Virus record (IMG/VR): IMGVR_UViG_3300037790_000132 | Span: 1-42,065 of that record | From: a virus | Taxonomy: Duplodnaviria; Caudoviricetes | Length of the DNA stretch: 42,065 nt | Reading direction: 5' to 3' (one strand) | Shown: piece after piece, positions 1-10,628 of the stretch | Position numbering within the stretch: position 1 is the stretch's first letter | Layout of the letters: the number at the start of each line of letters is the position of its first letter | Position numbers and translations under genes: made by a program | Notes under the pieces: generated by a model | What the model was told of the DNA's origin: nothing | Seen by the model: the letters and a program-made list of their open reading frames with translations, nothing else | Database searches by the model: none

Positions 1-1680
1 TTAAGCTCTATCAATACTAAACGCTCCAAGGTAGCTAAATGAGCCTAATTTATCAGTCTGGCTAAATGCTATCTCACCTTGGCTATTCGACATTACTTGT
101 ATTGACTGAGGTTGTTGTGGAATATCCTCACTTGTATTTATATCAATAGAACCGGAGCCAAAGTCTAAGCTTGTTACTCTCTGCTCAGTTGAATTTCTGT
201 TAGCAACTACCTCTAATATATAATTGCTGTTTGGGGTAAGTCCTTTAACTTTGTGCGTTATAATTACACCTTGTTGCGCATAGCAGCTATCACTTACCAT
301 TTGATCGCAGTATATATCACCAGCGTAATCAGCAATGCCAGTTGTGTTTGCACCATTCAAGTTGTTGCCTGTTGATCTTGGATCAGATGACTGCATGCTG
401 TAAATGTAAGGTGTTGGAACACCCAAATCTGATTTAAGGTATTTTTCCTGGCCAAGCTTTGCTGCCTCTACGTTTATTGAATTTTGTAAGCTTTCATCTT
501 TATAACCAAATGAAAGTGTTGCTTTAGCCTCTATACCTGTCACATTATCTTTTTGGGCAGGTATTATTGGTGCGGGTTTTTCTCCTCCTAATATGGCAAA
601 TTTAATACGAGCTGGTAGGAATTGCCTGATCGAATCAACACCATAAGGAACTGTAACGTGAACACCGTCTGAGCCGAGAATTTTCTCAAAGTCATTCCTA
701 AAATGATTGTAAAAATCGACAACGCTAAAACCATTATCATCAACATATTCAGGCTGTAAATTTAATATTCTAGGGTGGTTATAAGCTATATTATAAGGCA
801 AAGAACCTAATTGCTCATCGTTGAACGCATCTCTACCAAAAACGCCTGCTGGATCAGCATACGCCCTGAATGATGCCTCGGACAATATAAAGTTTGTACC
901 TGAAAAGGCATTTAGAATTGCATCAAGTTCATTACTAAATTTATCGTGTGTTGCTTGAGCCATACCAGCATAAGGGCGAGATTGAGTTATTGAATTCCCC
1001 TCACCATGAAAAATAAACAACGTGCTTGCAGCATCGAAGTGTGCAACTGCCTCTTGAACGCGGGGAAGTAACTGCGACATGTTTTCGTCTGGGAAACAGT
1101 AGCCATAAACAGGAACCCCCGTAATTCCTTGATCAACAAACGCCTGCGTTCCCTCGACACTTGGTTCAGTTAGACTTTTACCATATGCAGAAAACATAAT
1201 CGAAGCGCCAACAACTACAACTCTTTCTATATCCTCAGTATTTCCTGCCTCAAGTCGCGCCATAAGCTCATTAAAATCGCTTTCCATCTGTTTTAATGTT
1301 TTTATGGTTGTTTGGGTTTCGTCAATATTTTTAAACGTGACTTCACCTAGCTTTGTTTGCCAATTCTGCATAGCTTGGGTGTTATCATTGACTAAAATGT
1401 TTGCTTTTTTTAATGCATCAACCGTGGCTTTAAAATCAACTGTAGTGGGTACCACAATTGCGGGCTGGCTGATTTGATCGCTGTGTTTCCAAACTTTAAC
1501 CAACTCAATAATATGATTGCCGGTTGTATTTAAAAAAGTGCGGTTTATTTCTGCCAGCGGGTAGTTTGCTATTTGAATAAAATCCCCTTGGCTCACGCTT
1601 TCAGGGCTTTCATTGCTGTTTACAATAATGAGCTTTGAGCCGTTGTCTATGCTTACTTGATTGGCGGTATAGGTTGCCAT
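1..1680 (-). CDS. Tail fibre/spike with SGNH/GDSL-type esterase domain
   Basis: Last gene of the tail operon in the window. Has an N-terminal virion-anchor-like region and coiled coil, then VVVVGAS (block I) and DGVH (DxxH, block V), then a beta-rich C-terminal domain. Confidence 0.7.
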   Translation of the reverse strand: MATYTANQVSIDNGSKLIIVNSNESPESVSQGDFIQIANYPLAEINRTFLNTTGNHIIELVKVWKHSDQISQPAIVVPTTVDFKATVDALKKANILVNDNTQAMQNWQTKLGEVTFKNIDETQTTIKTLKQMESDFNELMARLEAGNTEDIERVVVVGASIMFSAYGKSLTEPSVEGTQAFVDQGITGVPVYGYCFPDENMSQLLPRVQEAVAHFDAASTLFIFHGEGNSITQSRPYAGMAQATHDKFSNELDAILNAFSGTNFILSEASFRAYADPAGVFGRDAFNDEQLGSLPYNIAYNHPRILNLQPEYVDDNGFSVVDFYNHFRNDFEKILGSDGVHVTVPYGVDSIRQFLPARIKFAILGGEKPAPIIPAQKDNVTGIEAKATLSFGYKDESLQNSINVEAAKLGQEKYLKSDLGVPTPYIYSMQSSDPRSTGNNLNGANTTGIADYAGDIYCDQMVSDSCYAQQGVIITHKVKGLTPNSNYILEVVANRNSTEQRVTSLDFGSGSIDINTSEDIPQQPQSIQVMSNSQGEIAFSQTDKLGSFSYLGAFSIDRA

Positions 1681-1704
1681 GATTAATCCTCTTAGTATTT
1701 GCGG

Positions 1705-4700
1705 CTATTCACTAGCCGCAATTGATAAATATTGGCCAACATGAGGGGTTGATACAAACGCATTAAGCGCAGCACGAACACGGTATTTAACGTATCCGGC
1801 ACTGCGGGTTTCTGTGGTTGTGAATGTGGTGCTTGAACTAGTTCTAGCAATATATGGACTGTTGGATGCATCAGGATCTCCCTCGAAAAAGCCGTTACTA
1901 CACCCATAATTACCCGTAATGCTTTTTTGTTGAATAACAACCCATGAAGAACCCGTCCATCGCTCTAAGTACACTGTGCCACTAACCGGTGACATAACAG
2001 GACTGCTAGGACAATAAACTGAGGTAGGAGAGCCATCACGGGGGCCATACACCGAACGTCTATGTGAATAACTAACAGCAAAGTGAATTAACCCACCGTT
2101 ACTGGTAAATTCAATTTCTTGTGTGGGTGTACTAATGAGTTGTGAGGTTGAGGCGCTGGTTTCTAGTGAACCGGCTATAAAGGTACCGCGCGTAAATGAA
2201 TTACCTTGTACGTCTTTCCATTCTTTCGCGTTTTCCTTTGTTAGCGCATTTAGGTTGGGCAAGCCATTCACTAGAATTTTGGGCCCATACCAGTACCATA
2301 AATTATCAGGGCCAAACCCGTTTACAAACTCCACTTTTAAAAAGTTGGTGCCTATCATATCAATACGAGGTGATTCGATACGCGTGCCCGCGCGTAATAC
2401 ATTACCGTCCAACGTATCTTCAACTAAGGCGCTGCCATGGATATGTAGTGCATAAGATTGCCACGTTGAACCGGTATAACGTTTAGTGGTTTGTACTTTA
2501 GGATCACTGGCCTTAAATATCGTCACCACATCACCTATTACAGGCACACCATTGGGTACGATATTGTTTGCGGTAGTATCAGACCAGACTCCCGTTGCGG
2601 TACCCATATCATACCGTCCTGCGCCTCGGGTACCAGGGTCGGTTGTAGTAAGAGTACCCAGTAAGCTAAATACAGAGGGCTCGCCACCATCCATTACTTC
2701 CATACGAGGACGCGCAAATTTAGCCGTGTGGCCTTGGTTTGTTACGTAATAACGATAAGCGCGGTGGGTTTGTACATTACGATTAGCGATACTTTTAAAA
2801 TCAGTACCAACTAATACACGCTTGCCCGTTTCAGGGTCATATACACCCGATAAGCCCGATATAGTACCACTGGTTTTTTTAGATGAATGTAACACTCCAA
2901 CAACTAAGTACCACTTATTTAATTGTGGTAAATCACCCGACCAAAAATAGGGGTTAGTATTTGTAGCCCCTGCTAAAGTTAAGCAATCATCACATCCCAA
3001 ATACAGGCTATTCGCTTTGCCAAGCTCTTGCTTCATCCATACTGAAAATCGATAGGTTTTTTCGTGGTTAATGGGAATGTTATTAATGTTCCAACCACCG
3101 TCTGAGCTATTATTACCCGCTTGTGCATACCATATAGATTCAACAGTCCCAAGCGGACCTGTATCGGCAATAATGATATTCTCATCACTAGATCCATTTT
3201 GAATAAATAGGCCTTGTGAGCCACGACGGCCAATGACCCATTGTTCTGAATGATCAACAAGGTTAATGCTGCCCGAGTCTTTACCATCCTTACCATCAGC
3301 ACCCTTAGCCCCCGTATTGCCTGTATCACCTTTTAACATTTCACCCATAGTGATGTTGGTACATTTATCACCCTCAGCAAAAAAGGAACAATCGAAGCGA
3401 TAAGACCCCGAGGGTGTAACTGTGGAGACATAAAAAGTCAGACCATTTTTACGGTACTCCACTTTGCTTCCTACACGCACCACCGACATCACATCTGTGT
3501 CGGTCATCGTCGTTTTCACCCCTTGATTTGTGCCGCTTTCGTAAACTAATACATTGCTAGCCTTGTCTCTGTATAAAGCGAAATCTATCGAAGTATAGGT
3601 AGGACTTGCCCCTGAATCCTTAGATAGACCCATCATCAGGCGGTTTTCGGCATTTATCATGTTGCAAGATACAAAACAATCACCTGAATAAAGTTCTAAG
3701 CCATAACCACCCGCATCCCACCCAAGTCCGCCAGTGCACACTATCTCTGTAGGAGTTACAGCCACATTGGCTGTAGGTTTTAAAGTAAAAGAGCCCGAAC
3801 CATTCTGTGCTTTTATGTCTTCAAGACTTTCAACTGTATGGCCATCATCTAAAATTAATCGGCCCTTAAAGTTATGCACTGGGTTAGCAGGATCCGTGTT
3901 ATCAACGTATGACGTGGGCACAAACGTATTGCCGACCATCACGCCTTGGCGAATTACATCACCTACCAAATCTAAGTTACCAACTTGGCCATCGTTATAA
4001 CCGACAACTGCCACAGCGCGACCGTTGTTATCTAACTGCCAGCCGCCACGGGCAACCAACTTACCATCAACCGTTTTAAATACTTGGCGTAGCTGCTTAA
4101 TGCTGGCGTTATTGGCACCGTCACTTATTTGCATGTTGGCAATAAATTCAGCAAGAGGACCCTCAACCCATGAACCTCCTTGCGCAACACATTGCACCGC
4201 ATCATTACTATTAGTGATATTGCCTTGAGCATCCAAACAGTAACCGACGGCAGTACGGGTGTACTCTTGTGCCGAAGCAATGGCTTGGGTTTTCGCCTCA
4301 GCAGTGTCTGTATTTATTTTCGAAGTCAGCGTTTGCTCAAGCGTTGTGTAAGCTTGGTTTTGGCTTGCAAAGGTTTCGGCCACTTCATCAAAGCTTGATA
4401 CAGTATCGGCAACAAATGATTCAAATTCTTGGTCGCGAACTGTGTTTGCTTGATCAATGCTGGCAATCGCCGTGGTTACATCACTAAAGCGGGCAGTTAC
4501 ATTTTCAAACGTTGCTTGGTATCGTTCGTCGCGCGCTACAGTTGCTTGCTGTTCGTTTACAAACGCTGTGTTTAGTGCCTGAATTTGTGATTGGTTTTGC
4601 CCTAACAGGGCACTTAGCTCAAGCGACTCTTGTGCCACGGCCTCTATGTCGGTGGCATTGGCTTTTAAGTTACGCTGTGCAACGGCTAATTTTACACCTT

Positions 4701-7700
4701 GCTGTGCAAGTTCATTGCCTTGAATGAACTGGTTAGCAGCGGCGATCACATCGTTTAAATTTGCGTTTTTAAGCTCAAGTTCAAGCCCGCGCACTTGCAC
4801 GATGTTATCGCTGATAGTGCCGCTTATTGCGCTTAAGTTTTGCTCAACGTTTGAAAACTTAGCATCAATACTGCCCTCGGCGGCATTAAACGCAGTAATT
4901 TGCGTTTTAATATATGCCTCAGCACCATTAATAAAATGCTGCGCTGCGTTTGCTTTTTCAAGGGTGTCGTTATCCGTAAGCTTTTTAAGTGTGGCGCTCA
5001 CTTGATACGTACTGTTAAATGTGTCAAGTGTTTGGTTTACTTTAGACTCAGTTTGATAGCCAAATTCATCGACCCATTTAGTCGTTGCATACTGCGCCAT
5101 TACCCCTGTGGCGGCATCTATGTCATTTTCTAGCATAGTGGCGCGGGCGGTTATATCATTGAGCGCTAAATCATTTACACCTCGCTTGCCTATTTCAATA
5201 AAATCAATATCAACATGGCCTAGGTCAAACTTTAAGCCTGCAATGTTACCGATGTAACCATCTTCGCTGCTTAGGTCGATGTTTCGTGTTTCCCAGCTTT
5301 CTGTTTCTGGCTCTAACACGTTCACTAATAACTGCGATTCGCCTAAGTAAATATTACCTAACCACGGTGAATTGGCGTGTTTTCTAAAGCGAATACGCAG
5401 CATGGGATTATCATTAGCAACAAAGCTAATAGCAGGGGTGTAAGCCGTGGTGTTAATGGTTAAATACCCAAGTGCGCTGTACGTTACATCGCCGGTAAAT
5501 CCCTCGTTTGAGGTGTTAAAGTGCCAGCTATATGCAGGGGTTAATGCTTCAATAGCACCGGCTATTTCGGTGCGCATTTCTGTAAATGTGGCGCGTTGGC
5601 TTATTTTTCCTGCTTGTACTTCAAGCTCAGACTCGGCTTGTTCTAAGCGGGTGTCACTTTGGGTAATGCGGTTAGCTTGTAGGGCTATACTGGCGTTTAC
5701 GCCGTCAATTAATAGATTAGCCTCGTTAAACGCTTCATCGGTATACGCAAATGCACGGTTAACAATAAGGCCGTTTTCAGGGTCAACGTATACCACGGCA
5801 TCAATTAAGCGCTCATTACCTAATTGACGACGTTCGTATTCTTGACGCCAATTGGTATAATTGGCTGATAAATCGAATATGCCTTTTTCAATGTCTTGAC
5901 GGTGGCGTTTTTCGAGGTTTAAACCATTAACCGTTTTTTCAAGTACAGCGGGTAAGTTATTTTCAGTACTCGGGCGCAAACGGTCAACCTGGGTGTTAAT
6001 GTCTGCAATAAGGGTTTGTGCATCAGGACTTAGTTGGGTTAACTCAACATTATTAATAAACGCAGTTAAGTCTACAGTCGTTGTAGTCGCCGAAACATTC
6101 ACCCATGTGGATGAACCTAAGTGGTTTACACTGCGTACTCTAAATTTATACTCAGTTTCACTCTTTAAGCCGATACGGTTATAAATCTGTGCTAAAACAC
6201 GTTCACCGGATTGAGGCTGTGCTGCTGTGCCTAAGAACTCCCATTCGAACTGGGTACCAATGCCAGCTGCAGCAAGCTCGGCTGTAAGGGTGATTTGGTT
6301 ATAATCAGCCAGTACATGCACAACCGGTATCAATGGCGTAAGCACGCTAAACTGTACACCGACAGTATCAGAGCGTTGCCCAAAAATATTTCTAGCGCTA
6401 ATACGTGCGGTGTATTCACCAAGTGCAAGCTTAGGGATGGTGACTTGTGTGTATGTAACCGTTGTTTTAAATACAGGCTCATTGGATGATGTATTAGTAA
6501 ACTCGACATCGTATTCATGCACAGCCAGTGGTGCAGGGTGGTTCCATTTTACAACGCCGTTACCATCCCCATCTATCACTACCCGTACATCAAAAATAGG
6601 CTGTGGGTGGCCTACTAAATAATCACTGTTCGGGGTTAAATCTTGTGCGCCAGGTATAAAGTTATCACCCCACAAGCCAGGGCCATCTTCAATACACAGT
6701 AGAGTTACGCCGCCATCTAAGCGAAAACGGCGCTCTGTCACACGGTAGATTTTATTGGTGATCGAATCACTGGGTAAGTTTAAGTAGACCGTACGGCCAA
6801 CAGCAGCGGCCAACCCTTTATGTTTAAGGGGTAATTCAATCTCACCTAAGCGTGTTTGCTCAAGGTGTATAGTGGCTAGCCGTTGTGCTGTGGTACTGCT
6901 TCTAACAAAAGGCAGGGTAATTGATTTTTCTAATACTTGGTTATCACGCTCTTGGTATGCGGCTGATATCACGGGTGGTGCATCAGTTCGCTCGTAGTTT
7001 TGTTCGGGGTCGGTAAATGTGGCACGAACAACGTTTGCACGGTCGCGTAAATCGGCATGCCATTTAATCTTAATGTTGCCGTGAACATCATCTGTATTAA
7101 TCGTGTATGTTGGGTTGCCATACCAGGCACCCACGCGTACATACCATTGGCCCATTTGCCTAAAAATCTTACCCGCAAAACAGGCTTCGAGTTGGTTTAA
7201 TACATCTAGGGGCTTAGTCGTGAATGTAAAGCTGCCATTGGTTGTATAACGTGGCTCAGTCGTGACATTACCGTTTTTATCAGTAAACTCGGCCTCTTCA
7301 TCACATACGTTAATGGCCGCAATCCACCACTCAAGGGGTAAGCGCTCAAAAGGGACTTCATGTGCGCCATAAAAGCGCACATAGTGCAGGGTACATAACA
7401 CTGCATTTTGTGACCAAAGCCACGTGGTTTCATCATCAGGGTTTTGATTTGTATCGCGAGGGTCCCACACCCGGGCACCGCGAATTAAAAACTCAGTATC
7501 GCTAATACCATCAGGAAACACTTCACGGTTATTTTCAAACTCGACAAAGATGTGTGCTTGGCCATACCCAATGTGTGCCGCTGTCCAGCCTGCCATTTTA
7601 GCAATGGCTTTACTGTTCGCGGTTGTATGACGGCCATCACTTAATTCATAGTCCCAGCTTTCGCTTGGGTATTCAGTCAATGGCTTATCAGCAATGTAGA

Positions 7701-8004
7701 TTTCTTCGAGGGCATCAATTGGGGCACCATTGATCAGCACCACCATTTGAACAAACTTCTTTTTATCGCGCTCAACTTCAGCTTGGTGAGCAATAACCCC
7801 ACCAACTCGGTCACGACCAAAGGTAATGCGGCGCGGTTGGTCTATGCCTTTTTGTAAGCCCTTAGCAAGTGTTGCAAGGTCCTCTTCAGGTACATCAGGG
7901 GTAAGCGAGTCCCACAGTGCACCCACCGTCTTATCAAAGAGACTACGACCAATGCCGAATAAATCGCCCCCTGTGTCTACTACGGTATCGACCACTTTAG
8001 ACAT
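1705..8004 (-). CDS. Large tail tip/central fibre protein (lambda J-like host specificity protein)
   Basis: 2099 aa. N-terminal tip region (GARVWDPR, WSQNAVLC), FN3-like repeats, long coiled coils, a collagen-like linker and beta-rich C-terminal modules. Follows the NlpC-like gene. Confidence 0.88.
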   Translation of the reverse strand: MSKVVDTVVDTGGDLFGIGRSLFDKTVGALWDSLTPDVPEEDLATLAKGLQKGIDQPRRITFGRDRVGGVIAHQAEVERDKKKFVQMVVLINGAPIDALEEIYIADKPLTEYPSESWDYELSDGRHTTANSKAIAKMAGWTAAHIGYGQAHIFVEFENNREVFPDGISDTEFLIRGARVWDPRDTNQNPDDETTWLWSQNAVLCTLHYVRFYGAHEVPFERLPLEWWIAAINVCDEEAEFTDKNGNVTTEPRYTTNGSFTFTTKPLDVLNQLEACFAGKIFRQMGQWYVRVGAWYGNPTYTINTDDVHGNIKIKWHADLRDRANVVRATFTDPEQNYERTDAPPVISAAYQERDNQVLEKSITLPFVRSSTTAQRLATIHLEQTRLGEIELPLKHKGLAAAVGRTVYLNLPSDSITNKIYRVTERRFRLDGGVTLLCIEDGPGLWGDNFIPGAQDLTPNSDYLVGHPQPIFDVRVVIDGDGNGVVKWNHPAPLAVHEYDVEFTNTSSNEPVFKTTVTYTQVTIPKLALGEYTARISARNIFGQRSDTVGVQFSVLTPLIPVVHVLADYNQITLTAELAAAGIGTQFEWEFLGTAAQPQSGERVLAQIYNRIGLKSETEYKFRVRSVNHLGSSTWVNVSATTTTVDLTAFINNVELTQLSPDAQTLIADINTQVDRLRPSTENNLPAVLEKTVNGLNLEKRHRQDIEKGIFDLSANYTNWRQEYERRQLGNERLIDAVVYVDPENGLIVNRAFAYTDEAFNEANLLIDGVNASIALQANRITQSDTRLEQAESELEVQAGKISQRATFTEMRTEIAGAIEALTPAYSWHFNTSNEGFTGDVTYSALGYLTINTTAYTPAISFVANDNPMLRIRFRKHANSPWLGNIYLGESQLLVNVLEPETESWETRNIDLSSEDGYIGNIAGLKFDLGHVDIDFIEIGKRGVNDLALNDITARATMLENDIDAATGVMAQYATTKWVDEFGYQTESKVNQTLDTFNSTYQVSATLKKLTDNDTLEKANAAQHFINGAEAYIKTQITAFNAAEGSIDAKFSNVEQNLSAISGTISDNIVQVRGLELELKNANLNDVIAAANQFIQGNELAQQGVKLAVAQRNLKANATDIEAVAQESLELSALLGQNQSQIQALNTAFVNEQQATVARDERYQATFENVTARFSDVTTAIASIDQANTVRDQEFESFVADTVSSFDEVAETFASQNQAYTTLEQTLTSKINTDTAEAKTQAIASAQEYTRTAVGYCLDAQGNITNSNDAVQCVAQGGSWVEGPLAEFIANMQISDGANNASIKQLRQVFKTVDGKLVARGGWQLDNNGRAVAVVGYNDGQVGNLDLVGDVIRQGVMVGNTFVPTSYVDNTDPANPVHNFKGRLILDDGHTVESLEDIKAQNGSGSFTLKPTANVAVTPTEIVCTGGLGWDAGGYGLELYSGDCFVSCNMINAENRLMMGLSKDSGASPTYTSIDFALYRDKASNVLVYESGTNQGVKTTMTDTDVMSVVRVGSKVEYRKNGLTFYVSTVTPSGSYRFDCSFFAEGDKCTNITMGEMLKGDTGNTGAKGADGKDGKDSGSINLVDHSEQWVIGRRGSQGLFIQNGSSDENIIIADTGPLGTVESIWYAQAGNNSSDGGWNINNIPINHEKTYRFSVWMKQELGKANSLYLGCDDCLTLAGATNTNPYFWSGDLPQLNKWYLVVGVLHSSKKTSGTISGLSGVYDPETGKRVLVGTDFKSIANRNVQTHRAYRYYVTNQGHTAKFARPRMEVMDGGEPSVFSLLGTLTTTDPGTRGAGRYDMGTATGVWSDTTANNIVPNGVPVIGDVVTIFKASDPKVQTTKRYTGSTWQSYALHIHGSALVEDTLDGNVLRAGTRIESPRIDMIGTNFLKVEFVNGFGPDNLWYWYGPKILVNGLPNLNALTKENAKEWKDVQGNSFTRGTFIAGSLETSASTSQLISTPTQEIEFTSNGGLIHFAVSYSHRRSVYGPRDGSPTSVYCPSSPVMSPVSGTVYLERWTGSSWVVIQQKSITGNYGCSNGFFEGDPDASNSPYIARTSSSTTFTTTETRSAGYVKYRVRAALNAFVSTPHVGQYLSIAASE

Positions 8005-8407
8005 GACGCGGCTCCAATGGGTAAACCGCTTTTACGCAGCTCATAGGCTTAGTCACAAGCCCATTTTCGCCAACACATACAACGGCATTAACTGTCACAA
8101 TTCCGCCAACAAGTTCACCGTTAAATTCAACAAGGGCGCAATCACCACGGCGCGCATACGCAATAGGAATTTCACGGTTTAAACGGTCTTTAAAGACGCT
8201 TTGAACATCGTTTAAACCACGTTTAAAAAGCTGTTTAAATGCACCATTCTCAGAGCGGTATTTACCTCTAAAATCTGCAGCAACGTCTTTTTCCGTAGCA
8301 AAGCGAACCCAATCGGCCACCAATAGGCAGCAATCATTTTTTCCCCATTTAAACGGCATGCAATTACGGTTGTTTATAAAGGCGGCAAGTTTAACGGTGG
8401 CGTTCAC
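7997..8407 (-). CDS. Tail-associated NlpC/P60-like (DUF6950-type) protein
   Basis: PFKWGKNDCCLLVADWV and RRGDCALV motifs. Position just upstream of the tip gene. Confidence 0.75.
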   Translation of the reverse strand: MNATVKLAAFINNRNCMPFKWGKNDCCLLVADWVRFATEKDVAADFRGKYRSENGAFKQLFKRGLNDVQSVFKDRLNREIPIAYARRGDCALVEFNGELVGGIVTVNAVVCVGENGLVTKPMSCVKAVYPLEPRHV

Positions 8408-8981
8408 GGCGTTTATTCCCTATGTAGTTCCCTGGTTGTGTGTCAGGTAGATTTTGTTTATTGGCAGACGCTTGCTCACTAAAAAAGGCATCATCAGGGT
8501 AGAGGGCGCGTTGTGTGGCATCATTCCAGCGTTGGTGTAAGCGTGATTCCTTCCAACGCTCACTTTCACCTGCCACACTTAATTGCACTTGTGATACTGC
8601 ACCGCGCTCTACATCGCATGCCACAATGTAACCACTTTCAAGCAGCTGGCTTTGGCTTACGCGGTAGTGTTCATCCACAGTAACAAGGTAGATTTCACAT
8701 CTATGGCCAATAGGGTCATTCTCAGCGACTTCAGCAAGCACCGCTGTGTCTTGCGTGTGCAGGGTTAAGCGAATACGGGCGCTGTCGTTCTTGTCATTAG
8801 CGGGTATTTCACTCACAGTGCCCAGCATGCCTAAGCCATGCCAGGTTAAGTTTTTAAAGAGACGTTCACCCACACCCGTATGCAGTAATACATCACCGCT
8901 TTTAAATGCCAAGCGAACAAAGTAACGGGCACGGCCACTATTGGCTAAATCAGCAAGTAACCCAGCGTTTAACGACTCCAT
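8391..8981 (-). CDS. Minor tail/hub protein (gpL-like position)
   Basis: TWHGLGMLG and RWNDATQRALYPDDAFF motifs typical of sipho tail-tip proteins. Overlaps both neighbours. Confidence 0.7.
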   Translation of the reverse strand: MESLNAGLLADLANSGRARYFVRLAFKSGDVLLHTGVGERLFKNLTWHGLGMLGTVSEIPANDKNDSARIRLTLHTQDTAVLAEVAENDPIGHRCEIYLVTVDEHYRVSQSQLLESGYIVACDVERGAVSQVQLSVAGESERWKESRLHQRWNDATQRALYPDDAFFSEQASANKQNLPDTQPGNYIGNKRRERHR

Positions 8982-9589
8982 TAAAACGCCTCCCGTCCTT
9001 TAATTTTCCAGCTGGTGACAATGCCTTTTTTGTATTCAGCGCTATCGATACCCTGGTTGTTATCCGCAAGGCGGAACAAACCACGCGGCTGTTTAAAGGT
9101 GATTAAGGTGTTATCAGCAGGGATTTTACGCAGGGGTGATTCAAACACGACCGTTGCACGGCCTAGTGAATCACTGACCAAATCACCGGTTAAAATTTTC
9201 AGCTCAGTATTTTGGCCAACGCCCACTTGCATACGTTCGCCAGCAACTAACAAGGTTTGGTTTAGAGGTAAACCATCAAGGTTCAGAATGTTACCGTCTT
9301 GGTTTGCACCACGCACATACCCAGTAAAGTCTTTATCAAGCTGCTCACGACGGTAATCAAATAGAGTAAACGTGCCCACCTGGCCACGCAGGCTGGCAAT
9401 AAACGCATCAAGCGCCAACGCTTCACGCTCGGGCACATTAGCTAATTCAATTTCAAACTCCCAATAGGCACCTTCCAGGTCATACACCTCAGTGGCGTTA
9501 TTGGCTTTGTTTAAATGCACTTGGCTATTTGGCACCAACTTAAAGTTAGAGCGTTTAGGACGTTTGGGTAAGGGGAGTGGAACTGTCAT
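8981..9589 (-). CDS. Distal tail (Dit-like) protein
   Basis: GAYWEFEI and LDAFIASLRGQVGTF motifs. First structural gene after tape measure. Confidence 0.7.
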   Translation of the reverse strand: MTVPLPLPKRPKRSNFKLVPNSQVHLNKANNATEVYDLEGAYWEFEIELANVPEREALALDAFIASLRGQVGTFTLFDYRREQLDKDFTGYVRGANQDGNILNLDGLPLNQTLLVAGERMQVGVGQNTELKILTGDLVSDSLGRATVVFESPLRKIPADNTLITFKQPRGLFRLADNNQGIDSAEYKKGIVTSWKIKGREAF

Positions 9590-9669
9590 CGTTACCAGGC
9601 TTTAAGTAAAACACTGGTAACGAGTATAAAATTTAGGGGAGTAGCTTTCGGCTGGAAAGGGGTTTACAT
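9561..9669. repeat. Direct repeat A, copy 1 (Dit 5' end, hairpin and late promoter)
   Basis: About 109 bp, nearly identical to 10629-10736. Confidence 0.92.
9623..9668 (-). promoter_or_regulatory. Putative Mor/C-activated late promoter for tail-tip genes
   Basis: TGTAAACCCCTTTCCAGC-N22-TATACT. The same motif and spacing recur at 10.7, 20.5 and 34.0 kb. Confidence 0.65.
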
Positions 9670-9671
9670 CG

Positions 9672-10472
9672 TTAAATTAGTTTTTGAAGTCTAAGCATAT
9701 AATCTATTTTCTTTCTTACATCGTCAAGGATCACGAAATCTAATTCTTCTTCATAAAGAGACTTTAGATTATCATCTTTACACGATGAGATTGTGTCCTT
9801 TATTAAACTGTATTGGTTAATTAACTTTAGGAAATCGCTAGTTTCATCTTTCTGTAAAATAGAGCTTTCTAATTTTTTTTGAGTTAATTTTTTAGCTAAA
9901 AATACAATATCATTTTCATGATTTAGCTTTAACTTACTTAGATCTTGCTCTGTTAAAGTTAGCAATTCCAAAAATGGAATTTTAAACAAATCATGTTTTA
10001 TGAAGACGTGTGTTAGATAAGTTGGCCAATCGTTAATTGGATTTTTGATATTTACATCCGTCTTTTTATAGGTACTTCTCAATTTTTCGATTTCATCTAT
10101 TTGGTTCTCATTAATCCAACTATATACTTCAAGAAAAGAGTCGTAGCCATAAGGTCTATTTAACGCATTATCAAACCGTTCAATTTTGTCTTTAAAAATC
10201 TGATACGAAAAAGGTCTATCTATCGTATTGCTTTGTTGCTTCATAACTATTCTTGTTTCTTTCAGCTCCTTCTTACTTGTTTCCCAAGTGAGATAAATCA
10301 AGACAGACGTAATAGCCAATAACGGGGGTGTTAAAATTCCATTAAAGTAACTGGCAGTATTAACCCAGTTTTCTATAGGGGTATCTAGATTAAAACTAAA
10401 CTGATCAAAGAAATAACATAAAACACTTAAAAGTATGGTCACCAATACAAATACATAAATAAAAATACCCAT
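9672..10472 (-). CDS. Moron: 2-TM membrane protein with coiled coil and variable cytoplasmic domain (putative Abi-like)
   Basis: AT-rich with two N-terminal hydrophobic helices. The WVNTASYFNGILTPPLLAITSVLIYLTW segment is shared with 10746..11651. Confidence 0.6.
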   Translation of the reverse strand: MGIFIYVFVLVTILLSVLCYFFDQFSFNLDTPIENWVNTASYFNGILTPPLLAITSVLIYLTWETSKKELKETRIVMKQQSNTIDRPFSYQIFKDKIERFDNALNRPYGYDSFLEVYSWINENQIDEIEKLRSTYKKTDVNIKNPINDWPTYLTHVFIKHDLFKIPFLELLTLTEQDLSKLKLNHENDIVFLAKKLTQKKLESSILQKDETSDFLKLINQYSLIKDTISSCKDDNLKSLYEEELDFVILDDVRKKIDYMLRLQKLI

Positions 10473-10477
10473 TACCG

Positions 10478-10627
10478 TTCCCTCGTATAAAAATTCCTTT
10501 TTACACGAATCTCAATTAGTTAACAACTAAGCTCCCGTGTATTGAACTGATAATTACTCCAATACTTTGTATGCTAGCTACAACAATACCGACAACTTCA
10601 TCTTGGCCAGTGAGTTGAGCGCATTTG
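10478..10627. repeat. Direct repeat B, degenerate copy (moron leader plus tape-measure 3' end remnant)
   Basis: Aligns by eye with 11651-11810. Minus-strand translation CAQLTGQD---EVVGIVVASIQSIGVIISSIHG matches the TMP C-terminus SAQLIGQDIAREVVGVVVANIQSNGAIIRSIRG. Confidence 0.9.
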
Positions 10628-10628
10628 C

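Noticed and set aside
1692-7478. Many short ORFs overlapping the tip gene on either strand
   Set aside because: These are shadow ORFs of a long coding frame with no RBS or recognisable motifs. The same applies to antisense ORFs within TMP, tube, transposase, terminase and portal.
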